In this document: positions 10,312 through 19,263 of the stretch, piece after piece
Numbering within the stretch: the stretch's first letter is position 1
How the letters are laid out: the number at the start of each line of letters is the position of its first letter
DNA from: an uncultured Actinomycetota bacterium
Lineage (GTDB): Bacteria; Actinomycetota; Actinomycetes; S36-B12; GCA-2699445
Direction: 5' to 3'
Length of the DNA stretch: 64,000 nucleotides
NCBI GenBank assembly: GCA_963766005.1
Contig: CAVXYG010000006.1
Coordinates: forward strand, 264,158 to 328,157
Made by a program: the position numbers and the translations under genes
Notes under the pieces: generated by a model
Database searches by the model: none
What the model was told of the DNA's origin: nothing
The model's input: the letters and a program-made list of their open reading frames with translations, nothing else

Positions 10312-10764
10312 ATGACGACCTATGTCTCAAGCATCCATGTGGATGTCCCACCAGAGGCCGCATTCGGCCAGGTGTTCGAGCTGATGATGAAGAACGTCGG
10401 CGGATCTCCCGTTCCCGAGACGCCCGCCGACGGGCTTGGCGCTGCGTTCCGCTACGGGTTCGGCCTGCTTGGCTGGCGTATCGAGGGCACCTGCACGATC
10501 ACCGAGTACGTCCCCAGCGATACGCTCACCCTCCAGTGGCACGGTCCCGAGCGGGCAACCGTCGGCAGCCTTCGGGGCGTGTGGACCTTCGTTCCGGACG
10601 ACGCTGGCACCACCATCACGGTCCGCTCCTACTTCGAGCCGCGGATCCCTGTCCTGCACACCCTGGGATCTCGGGTGATGATGTTCGGGTTCCGCAGGTC
10701 GGAGTTCCCAGCGATGAAGGCAGAAATGGAGAGACGATCGCGGGGAGTCGAGTCGACCTCGTGA
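10312..10764 (+). CDS. SRPBCC-superfamily (polyketide cyclase/dehydrase-like) protein
   Basis: 150-aa ORF. 'SIHVDVPPEAAFGQVFEL' N-terminus and overall size and pattern typical of SRPBCC ligand-binding proteins. Confidence 0.7.
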   Translation: MTTYVSSIHVDVPPEAAFGQVFELMMKNVGGSPVPETPADGLGAAFRYGFGLLGWRIEGTCTITEYVPSDTLTLQWHGPERATVGSLRGVWTFVPDDAGTTITVRSYFEPRIPVLHTLGSRVMMFGFRRSEFPAMKAEMERRSRGVESTS

Positions 10765-11190
10765 TCTGTTGCGGCCCCTGGCCCCGGCGCCGTCACGGCG
10801 AGGACGTGCGCCCTTCGGGACCACCTCGACGCGATGACCAGACCGTGGGGAAAGGCGCCCGTCGTACTGGCGCGCCTGCCCACTCGTGCCTGCTCGAGCG
10901 CACGACCGGCACTGCCTTGGTTGGGGGACCGTCGGTACGCCACAGGCGCCGCCATCGCGACCGGCCAGCCGTCAAGACGCTGGTGCGGAGGGTGCCCCCG
11001 ATGCCCCGATTGGAGCATGCAGGAACGCACCACGACTCAGGTCTTCGGGTGCTCCATGGTTGGCCTTTGGGGCCGGAGCCCTCGCCACCCGTGGCTACGT
11101 CGCTGTCGCGCCGGGCGAGCGATGCGCGTCCCGCGCCTCCCCATCAATACCCGGGGCCGTCCCTCCCACGGAGAAGACGCCCAAACTCCG

Positions 11191-11734
11191 ATGAGCGCCC
11201 CCTACGCCCGGGCCGGGCCGGACATCCCCGACGGCCCGACCCCGGCACCCCCGCACCACAGAGCGGCCCGCCCGCCAGTCCGGCCGATGACGAACTGGAC
11301 GCCATCGTCGATGCGATCCTCGGCAGCAAGCCGCGCCCCGCCGACTGGACCCGCCTCACCGGCGACGCAGCCGCCGAGGCCCTGGCCGTACTGGCCGGCT
11401 GGGTCCGCTGGCTGGTCCGCCGCTACGCCATCGACCCGCGCGAGATCCCGCCCTGCTGGGTCGAGCCTCTGAGTTCGTCGAGGAGCTGAGCGCCCTGCAC
11501 ACCGCCCACCGCGCCGCCTTCGAGCACGACGGGCCGCCCACCGGCCCCGTCGACTGGCACGGCTGCCTCGCCAACACCCGGGCAAGGCTCCACCAGGCCG
11601 CATCCGGAACCGGTTGCCGGGCGGTCTGGTGCGAAGTTGGGATGGTGGGGTCGGCCAGGCCCAGGTGCACCTCCTTGGGGCCGGTTCCGGGCGATGCCTT
11701 CGTGGGGGCGGGTCGGCTGCAAGGCGCCCCTTGA
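11191..11734 (+). pseudogene. conjugative/integrative-element-associated protein (DUF4913-like 'PCW..H..EL.AL' family), frameshifted
   Basis: 'DELDAIVDAILG..WTRLTGDAAAEALAVLAGWVRWLVRRYAIDPREIPPCWVE' (frame of ORF 10536..11489) continues as 'EFVEELSALHTAHRAAFEHDGPPTGPVDWHGCL' in another frame. The start is uncertain. Confidence 0.4.
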
Positions 11735-11867
11735 GACGCCGAAGAGGCCGTCCCAGTTCTCGCCAAGACGGCCCCTTACCCGCGTGAACGCGTTGTCCGG
11801 CTGACAGGAGCCGTCGGGTCGCCACCCGGCGACCCTCCTCCCAAATCCTGCGTTGCATCTCCGGGAC
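11723..11867 (-). repeat. ~145-bp structured repeat, copy A (paralogue of 26133..26276)
   Basis: Aligns over its whole length with 26133..26276. One stretch (11801..11850) is identical, including the hairpin GGGTCGCC-GGGT-GGCGACCC. It directly abuts the tRNA-Pro 3'-half copy. Confidence 0.8.
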
Positions 11868-11898
11868 AGGATTTGAACCTGCGACGCCTTGACCCCCA
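11865..11898 (-). other. 34-nt copy of the 3' half of tRNA-Pro (anticodon loop through T arm); att-like site
   Basis: Minus strand reads TGGGGGTCAAGGCGTCGCAGGTTCAAATCCTGTC, one mismatch from positions 33-66 of the tRNA at 26320..26393. There is no 5' half. Confidence 0.8.
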
Positions 11899-11910
11899 GG
11901 AGTAGGCACG

Positions 11911-11940
11911 GCGTTCGGGGGCGTTCGGGGGCGTTCGTGG
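11911..11940. repeat. three tandem 10-mers GCGTTCGGGG / GCGTTCGGGG / GCGTTCGTGG
   Basis: Read directly from the sequence, 13 nt from the att-like tRNA fragment. Confidence 0.9.
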
Positions 11941-12069
11941 GGGGTTGGTCCCTCGTGAGATCGATGGGGCGGATGGGGCTGGACGGGTGCGGACTGGCGC
12001 GGCGCGTGCCTGGTGGCTACATGGATGGCTGCATCGCCAGGGGTCCGGCGGGGTGGTGCGCAGCTGCGT

Positions 12070-12465
12070 TCATGGGATCAGCACGACATGCTGCGGCGCT
12101 GCTCGCGCCAAGCCCTCGTCGAAGGTCGCGAGAAGCCCGTCGTTGTGTGCGGCGAGGCCTGCCAGGTAGGCGTCGGTGACCTGCCGATGACCGACCACGT
12201 GGCCCAGGTCGGCGTCCAGGTAGGAGATGTCGTCGGGCCAGAACTCGCAGCGGGAGTCCGCGTGCAGCGCCGCCAACAGGGCTTTCACCGTCGTCTGGTG
12301 TTGCCCCAGGCGGATCAGGAAGCGAACCAACGCGCCCTCCGTGATCGGGCACAGTGCCATGTGCTCGACATGGGCTCCCCAGGCGGCCGCCCGCTGGTGG
12401 TGCTCATGGTCGGTGAGGGTCAAAGCGATGAGCGCGTTGGCGTCCAGCAGGTGGACAGGGCTCAC
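12070..12465 (-). CDS. vapC: PIN-domain ribonuclease toxin VapC
   Basis: 131-aa ORF 'VHLLDANALIALTLTDHEHH...'. ATGA start/stop overlap with the upstream antitoxin. Confidence 0.85.
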   Translation of the reverse strand: MSPVHLLDANALIALTLTDHEHHQRAAAWGAHVEHMALCPITEGALVRFLIRLGQHQTTVKALLAALHADSRCEFWPDDISYLDADLGHVVGHRQVTDAYLAGLAAHNDGLLATFDEGLARAAPQHVVLIP

Positions 12466-12692
12466 TCGTCGTCCAGCGCTTCTGCGACAGCCTGTGCCGA
12501 GATGCGGTACCCGAGCGTCAAGGTCGGCAGACCGCTGATCGGGTCGGTGGTGACGGTGGCGGGCTCCCCCAGCGAGGCAAGACCCCGGATGGTGAGGTCG
12601 GCCAGCGTGGCCGACAGGGACTGGTCGCGTTCGGCAGCAAGCCGTTTGGCGCGCTCGTGAACGTCTGGGGGCAGGTCCACGGTTGTTCTCAT
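12462..12692 (-). CDS. vapB: VapB-type antitoxin
   Basis: In-frame ATG 12692 within ORF 12462..13700. 76 aa 'MRTTVDLPPDVHERAKRLAAERDQSLSATLADL'. 4-nt overlap with vapC. Confidence 0.8.
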   Translation of the reverse strand: MRTTVDLPPDVHERAKRLAAERDQSLSATLADLTIRGLASLGEPATVTTDPISGLPTLTLGYRISAQAVAEALDDE

Positions 12693-13075
12693 GGCTACAT
12701 CATAGCCGCATCGTGGTGATGCAGCCGTGTGGCCGGCGATAACGTCGTCAGGCTCGGCGCCACGGCCGGCTGGTGGATCCTGGGCGCTGCGGAGACGGTG
12801 TGCGCGCAGACCCCGGATTCGTGCGCCGAGACCCTCGACCGGGCCTCCGCGCTGGCGGGATGCCGTGCTGGCGTGGCTCGGATGGCGCCGATGGTTCCCA
12901 TGGCGTCGGCAGCCGTCTCGTGTTTCCGTGCTGGCGCTTGCGAACGACGCGGCCGGTAGGGACGAGCGGCTCGCGGCGGGGACCTTCAGCCCTATCTGCC
13001 GGGGGTTGCGGATAGCTAGGTTTATGGGCGTCGGAATCGAAGGGCCAGCCCCCTGGCCCTTCAAGGGAGGACGGC

Positions 13076-13321
13076 ATGCCGGTCGTCGAGGAGAGCATCG
13101 ACATCGACAAGCCGCGCGCCGAGGTCTTCGTCTACGCGGCAGACTCCGAGCACCTCCGGCACTGGGCGAGCACGCTCTACAGCGTCCAGGGACGCACTGT
13201 GGTCGAGCGTTCACCTGTCTCATCTCACGCAGCGACTCCACGGCTGCTGCGGCCCACAGCCGAGGTGTATTGGGCCGCCAATCCCAGCACGAACGGAAGG
13301 AAACTCCATGCGAGGACGTGA
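13076..13321 (+). pseudogene. SRPBCC-like protein, N-terminal ~40 codons only, then nonsense
   Basis: AAGGGAGG RBS plus 'MPVVEESIDIDKPRAEVFVYAADSEHLRHW' is a typical SRPBCC start. The remainder has no family-like sequence and runs into the next gene. Confidence 0.3.
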
Positions 13322-13856
13322 CCGCCGCGAAGGACGACGTGACGAGCGACAGACCTTCGGCGCCCGCGGGAACGCGGACCGCTACCAGATGCGCGAGAAG
13401 GTGCTGTCGATCGGCGACGACTTCTGGGTCGAGGACGAGTCCGGACGCCGGGCATTCAAGGTCAACGGGAAGGCGCTGCGCGTGCGCAAGACCCTGGTCA
13501 TCGAGGATCCGAACGGTGTTGAGCTGCTGAAGATCCAGGACCGCCCGGTCCGGGTCCGCGACGTCATGGAGGTCGAGGACGCCTCCGGGGCGACGGTGGC
13601 CACAGTGAAGAAGGCCATGATCTCCCCGCTGCGGGAGCGGTTCACCATCGACCTGGCCGGCGGCGAGCAGATGACTGCCCAGGGCAACATCGTCGACCAC
13701 GAGTTCGAGATCAAGGCGAATGGGACCAAGGTCGCCGAGGTCTCAAAGAAGTGGTTCCGCGTCCGCGACAGCTACGGCGTCGAGGTCGCCCCCGGGCAGA
13801 ACCCGGCCCTGATTCTGGCGGTCGCGGTCTGCATCGACCAGATGGCCGCCGGCTGA
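13308..13856 (+). CDS. LURP-one-related (tubby C-terminal-like, DUF567) family protein
   Basis: 182-aa ORF after GGAAGGAAA. 'YQMREKVLSIGDDFWVEDESGRRAFKVNGKALRVRKTLVIED...VSKKWFRVRDSYGVEVAPGQNPALILAVAVCIDQM'. Confidence 0.8.
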   Translation: MRGRDRREGRRDERQTFGARGNADRYQMREKVLSIGDDFWVEDESGRRAFKVNGKALRVRKTLVIEDPNGVELLKIQDRPVRVRDVMEVEDASGATVATVKKAMISPLRERFTIDLAGGEQMTAQGNIVDHEFEIKANGTKVAEVSKKWFRVRDSYGVEVAPGQNPALILAVAVCIDQMAAG

Positions 13857-13920
13857 CCCACCGGGCAGGGGCTGGCAACGGTTGCCGGCCCCTGCACCAA
13901 CGGAACCCCATGGCACAACC

Positions 13921-14327
13921 ATGGATGTCAACAACCCGAGCTTGTGGGACATCCTGCTGCGGAGCTTCTGGTACTTCTTCTGGATCGCTGCACTCATGCT
14001 GTGGTTCCGCTGCCTGTTCGACATGTTCGGCGACCACACCCTGTCCGGGTGGGGCAAGACCGGGTGGGCGATCCTGCTCATCTTCGTGCCCGGCTGGGGG
14101 CGTTCATCTATCTGATCGCCCGCGGCAAGAGCATGAACGAACGCCAGAGAGCGGCCATGGCCCATCAGCAAGCCAGCCAGGAGCAGTACATCCAGTCCGT
14201 GGCCGCCAAGACCGCGACCCCGGCCGAGCAGATCACCAGCGCCAAGTCGCTGCTGGATTCTGGGGCCATCAGCCAGGCGGAGTTCGACGCCCGCAAGGCC
14301 AAGGCCCTGGCTTCCCTAACCAGGTGA
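13921..14327 (+). pseudogene. PLD-N-terminal-like membrane domain + SHOCT domain protein, frameshifted at a G-run (14096-14100)
   Basis: 'MDVNNPSLWDILLRSFWYFFWIAALMLWFRCLFDMFGDHTLSGWGKTGWAILLIFVPGW' (ORF 13882..14115) continues as 'GAFIYLIARGKSMNERQ...SLLDSGAISQAEFDARKAKAL' (ORF 13944..14327). Confidence 0.65.
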
Positions 14328-14823
14328 GGGGCTGGGTGCATCGGGGACCAAACCCCTCACGGACTCCTTCGAGCCCTCGGGTCTGGAGCCCACAAGCCGT
14401 GAGGCGGGACTGGCCCGCAGGCGCCACCCGACGACCTGAGCGATGGTGGGCCTCGGCCCGATGCGCCTGACCACATTGTCCGTAGGCCGAGTCGAGGCCG
14501 CCTCAGGTGAAAGGATCCGCACATCGCGGCCTCCGAAGGGTCGCTGGTGGGCTGGTCCATCCCGGGGCCGGCCCGCCGGCGCGCACTGCTGCTCACCGTC
14601 GCGACCGTTATCCCGACGATCGCCGCATACCGGCTGCTCGGATTCGCGGTCGCGCTGGCGGTGTTCCTCGGGTTCGTGGCCCACCTGGCCCCGGGCCGCC
14701 CGCCTGCCGTGGCGTCTTGGCCTGGGCGCGGTCGCGACCACGGCCCTGACCGGCGCGGTCGCCTATCGGGCGTGCACAGGTCATGGGGGTCGAGCCCTCC
14801 TTGGGAGATCGCCGGAGGGATGC

Positions 14824-15063
14824 TCAGTCGAGGAGGTCGAGGTACTGGCGGCGTGCCTTCATGGCGTGGATGACGAGTTCGTTGCCGCTGTCGAAGCGGA
14901 GTACGACGACCTCGAGAAGGCGGCCGGCGGAGTCGAGTCCGAGGCGTAGTTCCCGGGCGGGGCTGTCGTCGTCCAGGTCGCTGACGAAGACGGCATGCTC
15001 GGCGGCATGGATGGCGTCCTCCGGGTCGATGCCGTGCTTGCGTGCGGAGTCGTGGACCTTCAC
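14824..15063 (-). CDS. small toxin-like protein of an uncharacterised family, paired with an RHH antitoxin
   Basis: 79-aa ORF 'MKVHDSARKHGIDPEDAIHA...LLEVVVLRFDSGNELVIHAMKARRQY'. 4-nt overlap with the upstream RHH gene. Confidence 0.55.
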   Translation of the reverse strand: MKVHDSARKHGIDPEDAIHAAEHAVFVSDLDDDSPARELRLGLDSAGRLLEVVVLRFDSGNELVIHAMKARRQYLDLLD

Positions 15064-15308
15064 GCGACGTAGGAGCGGATGGCCGCCCGGATGGCTTCCG
15101 AGCGGCTGACGTGGTCGCGCTCGGCGCGTTCGGTCAGTGCGGCCAGCAGGGTGGCGTCGATCCGAACAGGGACGACTTCGGCAGGGCCGTCGCCGATCGG
15201 CTTTCGGCCGCGCCTGCGCAACTGCTCAACGACGTAGCCGCGTTCGGCCTCGGCTGCCCAGTCCTGGATGTCCTGCTCGGTGACTGGCTTGCCCTTGATC
15301 GTCTCCAC
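15060..15308 (-). CDS. ribbon-helix-helix (CopG-like) antitoxin
   Basis: 82-aa ORF. C-terminal 'VRIDATLLAALTERAERDHVSRSEAIRAAIRSYV' is a canonical RHH module. Confidence 0.7.
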   Translation of the reverse strand: METIKGKPVTEQDIQDWAAEAERGYVVEQLRRRGRKPIGDGPAEVVPVRIDATLLAALTERAERDHVSRSEAIRAAIRSYVA

Positions 15309-15507
15309 AGCAGAAGCGAAATACGAAATGCTTGTGAGGGGAAGCGTGCGCGGCCCGCGAACGGGCCGCGATCCCGGCGTCGGCCAGGTCGCCTTCTGTG
15401 GACACGCTCACCCGTGTTGGGCGGGGTTCGGTGGGGTCCGGGTGCCTGGCCGTGTTGGCGGCGGGCGGGTCTGGGCCTGTTGCGAGGTCGCCGCGTGAGG
15501 TGAGCCC

Positions 15508-16555
15508 ATGTCCGCGTCCACGATCCTGCCGCCGCTCCAGCCATCCTCGCTGTCGACCGCCCAGTTGGCGGCGGTGTCGTTCCTGGCCGCTACTCCGGGC
15601 GAACCCATCGTCTGTACACCTACCAGGTCAAGCGCTGGTTCACGTGAGTGCGCGGGCAACAGGCTGGACGCGCTGGTCGGGATCCAGCGCGCCCACGTCG
15701 AGCTGTACATCCGCCACCTCGGCGACCCGGGGCTGATGGACTCCCCGATCGCCACCTTGATGCACGGCGTGCGTGGGTACTCCCGGTTCGCCCACATCGA
15801 CGGACTGATCGCCGCCGACCCGGCCGTGTACGCGCGGCTGCCGAAGGTGCACCGCGACGGCCCCCCGCGCCGAGGGCCTGGACCGCCTGGAGTTGATCCG
15901 GTTCCTGCCTGTCGCCCAAACCCTCGCCGTCCATCACGGCGCGCTGGCCTTCCTGCTGGGCATCAACGCCCTGCGCGCATCGGAAGCGGCCCGGTGCGGG
16001 TGGAGGGCTACGCCGACACATTGCGCGAGCACCGGGTTCTGCACCTGGTCGGCAACGGCACCAAGCCCGCCACCATGCCGCTCGCGGTCCCCGTACTTCG
16101 GGACCTGGAGGCCTGCCGGGGCCAGCGCACCAGTGGGCCGCTGGTCCTGCGGCCGGTCTCCGGCACACCGGTCGATCGCCGTGACGTGTACCGAATGGTG
16201 CAGCGCATCGCCAAGACCGCGTAGATCCCGCGGCACATCAGCCCCCACTCGCTGCGCCACGCCGCGATCACCAACGCCCTGGACGCCGGCGCCCCACTAC
16301 GCGACGCCCAGATCCTGGCCGGCCACGCCGACATCCGCAGCAGGCGAGCACCACGACCGCGCCCGCGGCAACCTCGACCGCCACGGCGTCCACTTCCTCA
16401 CCGCCTACGTCGCCGGTGTCTGGACGCCGCTGAGGGACTGCCCAGCCACCGGCTTGGGCTCGAACCCGCGTCTATCCGCCGCCTGTGGACGCGCCATCAC
16501 GAGTGCAATCTGGTGGCCGCATGGCGACGGAGTCCCCCGGGCGGCTCTCAGATGA
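15508..16555 (+). pseudogene. tyrosine recombinase/phage-type integrase, several frameshifts and an in-frame stop
   Basis: Pieces in three frames: 'LVGIQRAHVELYIRHLGDPGLMDSPIATLMHGVRGYSRFAHIDGLIAADPAVYARLPKVHRD', 'LIRFLPVAQTLAVHHGALAFLLGINALRASEA', 'VEGYADTLREHRVLHLVGNGTKPATMPL...VYRMVQRIAKTA' then TAG, then '[36 protein letters not shown]' and '[18 protein letters not shown]'. Confidence 0.85.
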
Positions 16556-16811
16556 GGTGCTGGTGATCGGGGGCAATCGTCGATCGGGACGTGGCACCGG
16601 TCATCTGCTCACGTCGCCATCACCTGCGCGTGTGGAGCTGCGCGCCGTGGTCGGCGGGACGGTGTGAGGCCGCTGGTCGCCATGGCGGCGCCAGTCGTGC
16701 TAGGAATCGGTGTATCGGTGGTGCACTAGATCACCGCCGCGATCTCGCTGACTTGACCCACGTCGGGTGCCTACGATGCGTTGCGAGTCAGCGGGCAGAG
16801 GACGAGGCAGC

Positions 16812-17147
16812 ATGTGGCGAGACCCGGCAACGACCAACCCCGACCACTACGTGGTGATCATGGAGAACGACCGGGTACGTGTCCTGGAGTACACCGACAC
16901 CCCTGGTGATGTGACCACGCCGCACGATCATCCTGACAGCGTCATGTACGCGCTCAGCTCGTTCCGGCGGCGCCTCCACGCCAACGACGCGTTCCGTGAC
17001 GTCGAGATCGCGGCCGGTGGCGCGCACTGGCTACCAGCCCAGCGGCACTACGGGGAGAACATCGGCGACACCGACACCCATGTCGTCTTCGTCGAGCTCA
17101 AGAACGCCGATGCCGCCACCCCGACTGCTGCGCTCGGACCGGAATAG
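16812..17147 (+). CDS. cupin-like small cytoplasmic protein
   Basis: ORF 16767..17147, in-frame ATG 16812. 'DHYVVIMENDRVRVLEYTDTPGDVTTPHDHPDSVMYAL...THVVFVELK'. Confidence 0.65.
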   Translation: MWRDPATTNPDHYVVIMENDRVRVLEYTDTPGDVTTPHDHPDSVMYALSSFRRRLHANDAFRDVEIAAGGAHWLPAQRHYGENIGDTDTHVVFVELKNADAATPTAALGPE

Positions 17148-17479
17148 CAGGCCCCTCGGCGTCGCGCGCGTCCATGGTGCCCGCGTCCTACCGCATTGCT
17201 CGAAGCGACGTCCCTGTCGTGCGGCCTCTTGGCCACCGGGCACGTCGACGCCCGCGCTGCTGATGCCCACGAAGCGCGTCACGCGGTGCCGGCCATGATC
17301 CGGACACGAGCCCAGCCCTGCCCCGTGCGGCCCACCCAACGGGCGCGTCACATCGCCGCCTATCGGGCGCGGGGCGGCCTGGCGCTGTACCGCGTCCGTG
17401 CACGTCCCTGCGGTTGTTCGTTCACCCGTCCTGAGTGACTGAGCGTGACCACGGGGCCGTGGGCCTCGCCCAGGAACTC

Positions 17480-18115
17480 ATCAACGACCCGCGGCCAACC
17501 GTCTGGCACGACGGCCCCCTTCCCCGGGGTTCGACGCCCTCCAGGGGCATCGCAGAGGGGCGATCGCTGCGACCCTGCCCGGAGCCACCTGGCAGAGATG
17601 TCGCACGCACTATGCCGACCTGCGGGTTATGCCGACGTCGGCATAACCGGCACTACCCGGCCAATCTGATGTCGGTCACCCCGAAGAGCTCGTGGCCCTG
17701 GGTCAAGGCGTCGCTGCACTCGGTCTACGACCAGCCCGATGCCAGCTCCGTGCACGTCGACCGGATTCTCGACGCCCTGACCGACAAGCTCCCCGCTGTC
17801 GCCGAGCACCTCGAGACCGCCCGCGCAGACGTCCTGGCCCTCACCCGCGTTCCCCAGGAGATCTGGCGCCAGATCTGGTCCACCCCCATATCCGAGCGGG
17901 GCAACCGCGAGATCCGCCGACGCACCGATGTCGTCGGGGTCTTCCCCGACCGCACCAGCATCATCCGCCTGGTCGGCGCGGTCCTGGCCGAGCAGCACGA
18001 CGAATGGGCCGAAGAGCGGCGCTACCTCGGCCTGGAAGCCCTGCCCAAAGTACGCCTCACCCAGATCGACAACACCAAGGAGAAACCAGACACCATCACA
18101 GCCCCATCAGCCTGA
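17480..18115 (+). mobile_element. IS256-family transposase C-terminal fragment, frameshifted, with an internal junction
   Basis: 'ATLPGATWQRCRTHYA' and 'HYPANLMSVTPKSSWPWVKASLHSVYDQPDA...IRRRTDVVGVFPDRTSIIRLVGAVLAEQHDEWAEERRYLGLE'. The N-terminal two thirds of the transposase are absent. Confidence 0.8.
17625..17648. repeat. perfect 24-nt palindrome GGTTATGCCGACGTCGGCATAACC inside the IS256 remnant
   Basis: Read directly. It extends to 32 nt (17621..17652) with one mismatch. It sits between two versions of the 'HYA.NLM' codons. Confidence 0.9.
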
Positions 18116-18253
18116 CCCAAAGCAGGCATCACGCCGAACCAGAACCCCACGCCCGCGGACTTGAGCGCCGAATATCCCTCAAGGATGCAGACGCATCTCG
18201 TCCACGCGGTCAGCACTCGGGATGCGCGTGCTGCGTTGGCTAGCGTGACGGGC

Positions 18254-18715
18254 ATGGAATCGAACCAACACAGCGTGGGAGACCTGGAGCTCACCGACGC
18301 GCAGCAGCGCTATGTTGCCGATTTGAGGTCGCGTATCCGGACTGGCCGTGTCGCGGCTCTGCTGCGCACCGGCGGTCTTCAGGTGTTGTGGATCATCGTC
18401 ATCGTGGCCGGTGCCGGTGTTTCGTTGAGTGACGCTGTGACAGCCCCGAGTTGGGTAGCGCCCACGCTCGGCTTCGTCGTGGTCGTGGCTGCGGGTGTAG
18501 AGCGCATCTTCAGTAGGGCCACGCCCGCTGCCGCCGCTCAGGACAGGTTGCGTCGGGGGCTGGCTCGGGAGCAGCGGTTGTTCGCTGCGCGGGCGGAGCC
18601 GTACACCGATGATGAGGCGTTTGCGCTCTACAGCAGTCGCAGTGAGGCCCTCCTGGCCGAGTACGACCGGGTCATGCTCGACTACTCCAGTTCGCTGGCT
18701 CGTCGGATCCAGTAG
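18254..18715 (+). CDS. 2-TM protein with SLATT/DUF4231-like architecture, function unknown
   Basis: ORF 18161..18715, in-frame ATG 18254. Soluble N-terminus, two adjacent TM helices ('LQVLWIIVIVAGAGVSL', 'VAPTLGFVVVVAAGVERIF'), then a helical tail 'LRRGLAREQRLFAARAEPY'. Confidence 0.5.
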   Translation: MESNQHSVGDLELTDAQQRYVADLRSRIRTGRVAALLRTGGLQVLWIIVIVAGAGVSLSDAVTAPSWVAPTLGFVVVVAAGVERIFSRATPAAAAQDRLRRGLAREQRLFAARAEPYTDDEAFALYSSRSEALLAEYDRVMLDYSSSLARRIQ

Positions 18716-18719
18716 GCAG

Positions 18720-19150
18720 TGGGATGCCCTCGTGCATCCGCGTGTCCCTGACGGCAGGTCGCTGTGCAGACCTCTCCACGGACCCATGTCCGTGGAGGCG
18801 ATTCGCGCTATTCGGGGCCCTTGGTTCCGGGCTTCCGCATCGACCCGCTGAGCGTGACGGCCCAGGGCGACAACGCGGTTGTGCAGTGGCGGGCCACCGG
18901 CACATCCAACGGCGGACCGTTCCAAGGCGTCCATGCCACGGGTCGGCCCGTCGACCTCCGGGGGTGCGACGTCATGCGCTTCGAGGACGGGCTGCTCAAG
19001 CACAACACCGTCTACTACGACGGGCTCGCGTTCGCCCGACAGATCGGGTTCCTGCCTTCGGAGGGCAGCCGAACCGACCGCGCTCTGCAAGCTGTCTTCA
19101 ACGCCCGCACCGACGACACACTCGCCCGCGTGAAGTATGCGCGCGGCTAG
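18720..19150 (+). pseudogene. SnoaL-like/ester-cyclase (NTF2-fold) protein, N-terminal part frameshifted
   Basis: 'FRIDPLSVTAQGDNAVVQWRATGTSNGGPFQGVHATGRPVDLRGCDVMRFEDGLLKHNTVYYDGLAFARQIGFLP' in ORF 18764..19150. The expected upstream 'GPMSVEAIR' lies in another frame (ORF 18609..18851). Confidence 0.55.
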
Positions 19151-19263
19151 CCGAGCAGCCGAGGGGTCGCCGACCTGCAGGAATGCGCGCGTTTCGCGGC
19201 GAAGTGTCGCGGTCCATGCTCGGTGGCCGCGCCCGGGGGTGTGAGCCGCCTGACTGCCTCGAC

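Noticed and set aside
11865-11898. A second tRNA-Pro gene.
   Set aside because: Only positions ~33-66 are present. There is no acceptor 5' strand or D arm, so it is an att-type remnant.
13039-13062. 10-bp stem hairpin GAAGGGCCAG-CCCC-CTGGCCCTTC just before the RBS of the truncated SRPBCC ORF.
   Set aside because: It is not downstream of any convergent gene and precedes a dead gene, so no functional inference is possible.
14547-14873. Possible small membrane protein ('ALLLTVATVIPTIAAYRLLGFAVALAVFLGFVAHLAP'), perhaps frameshifted into 'LGLGAVATTALTGAVAYRAC'.
   Set aside because: The only support is hydrophobicity and locally high GC3. There is no family resemblance, and it overlaps the end of the toxin gene on the other strand.
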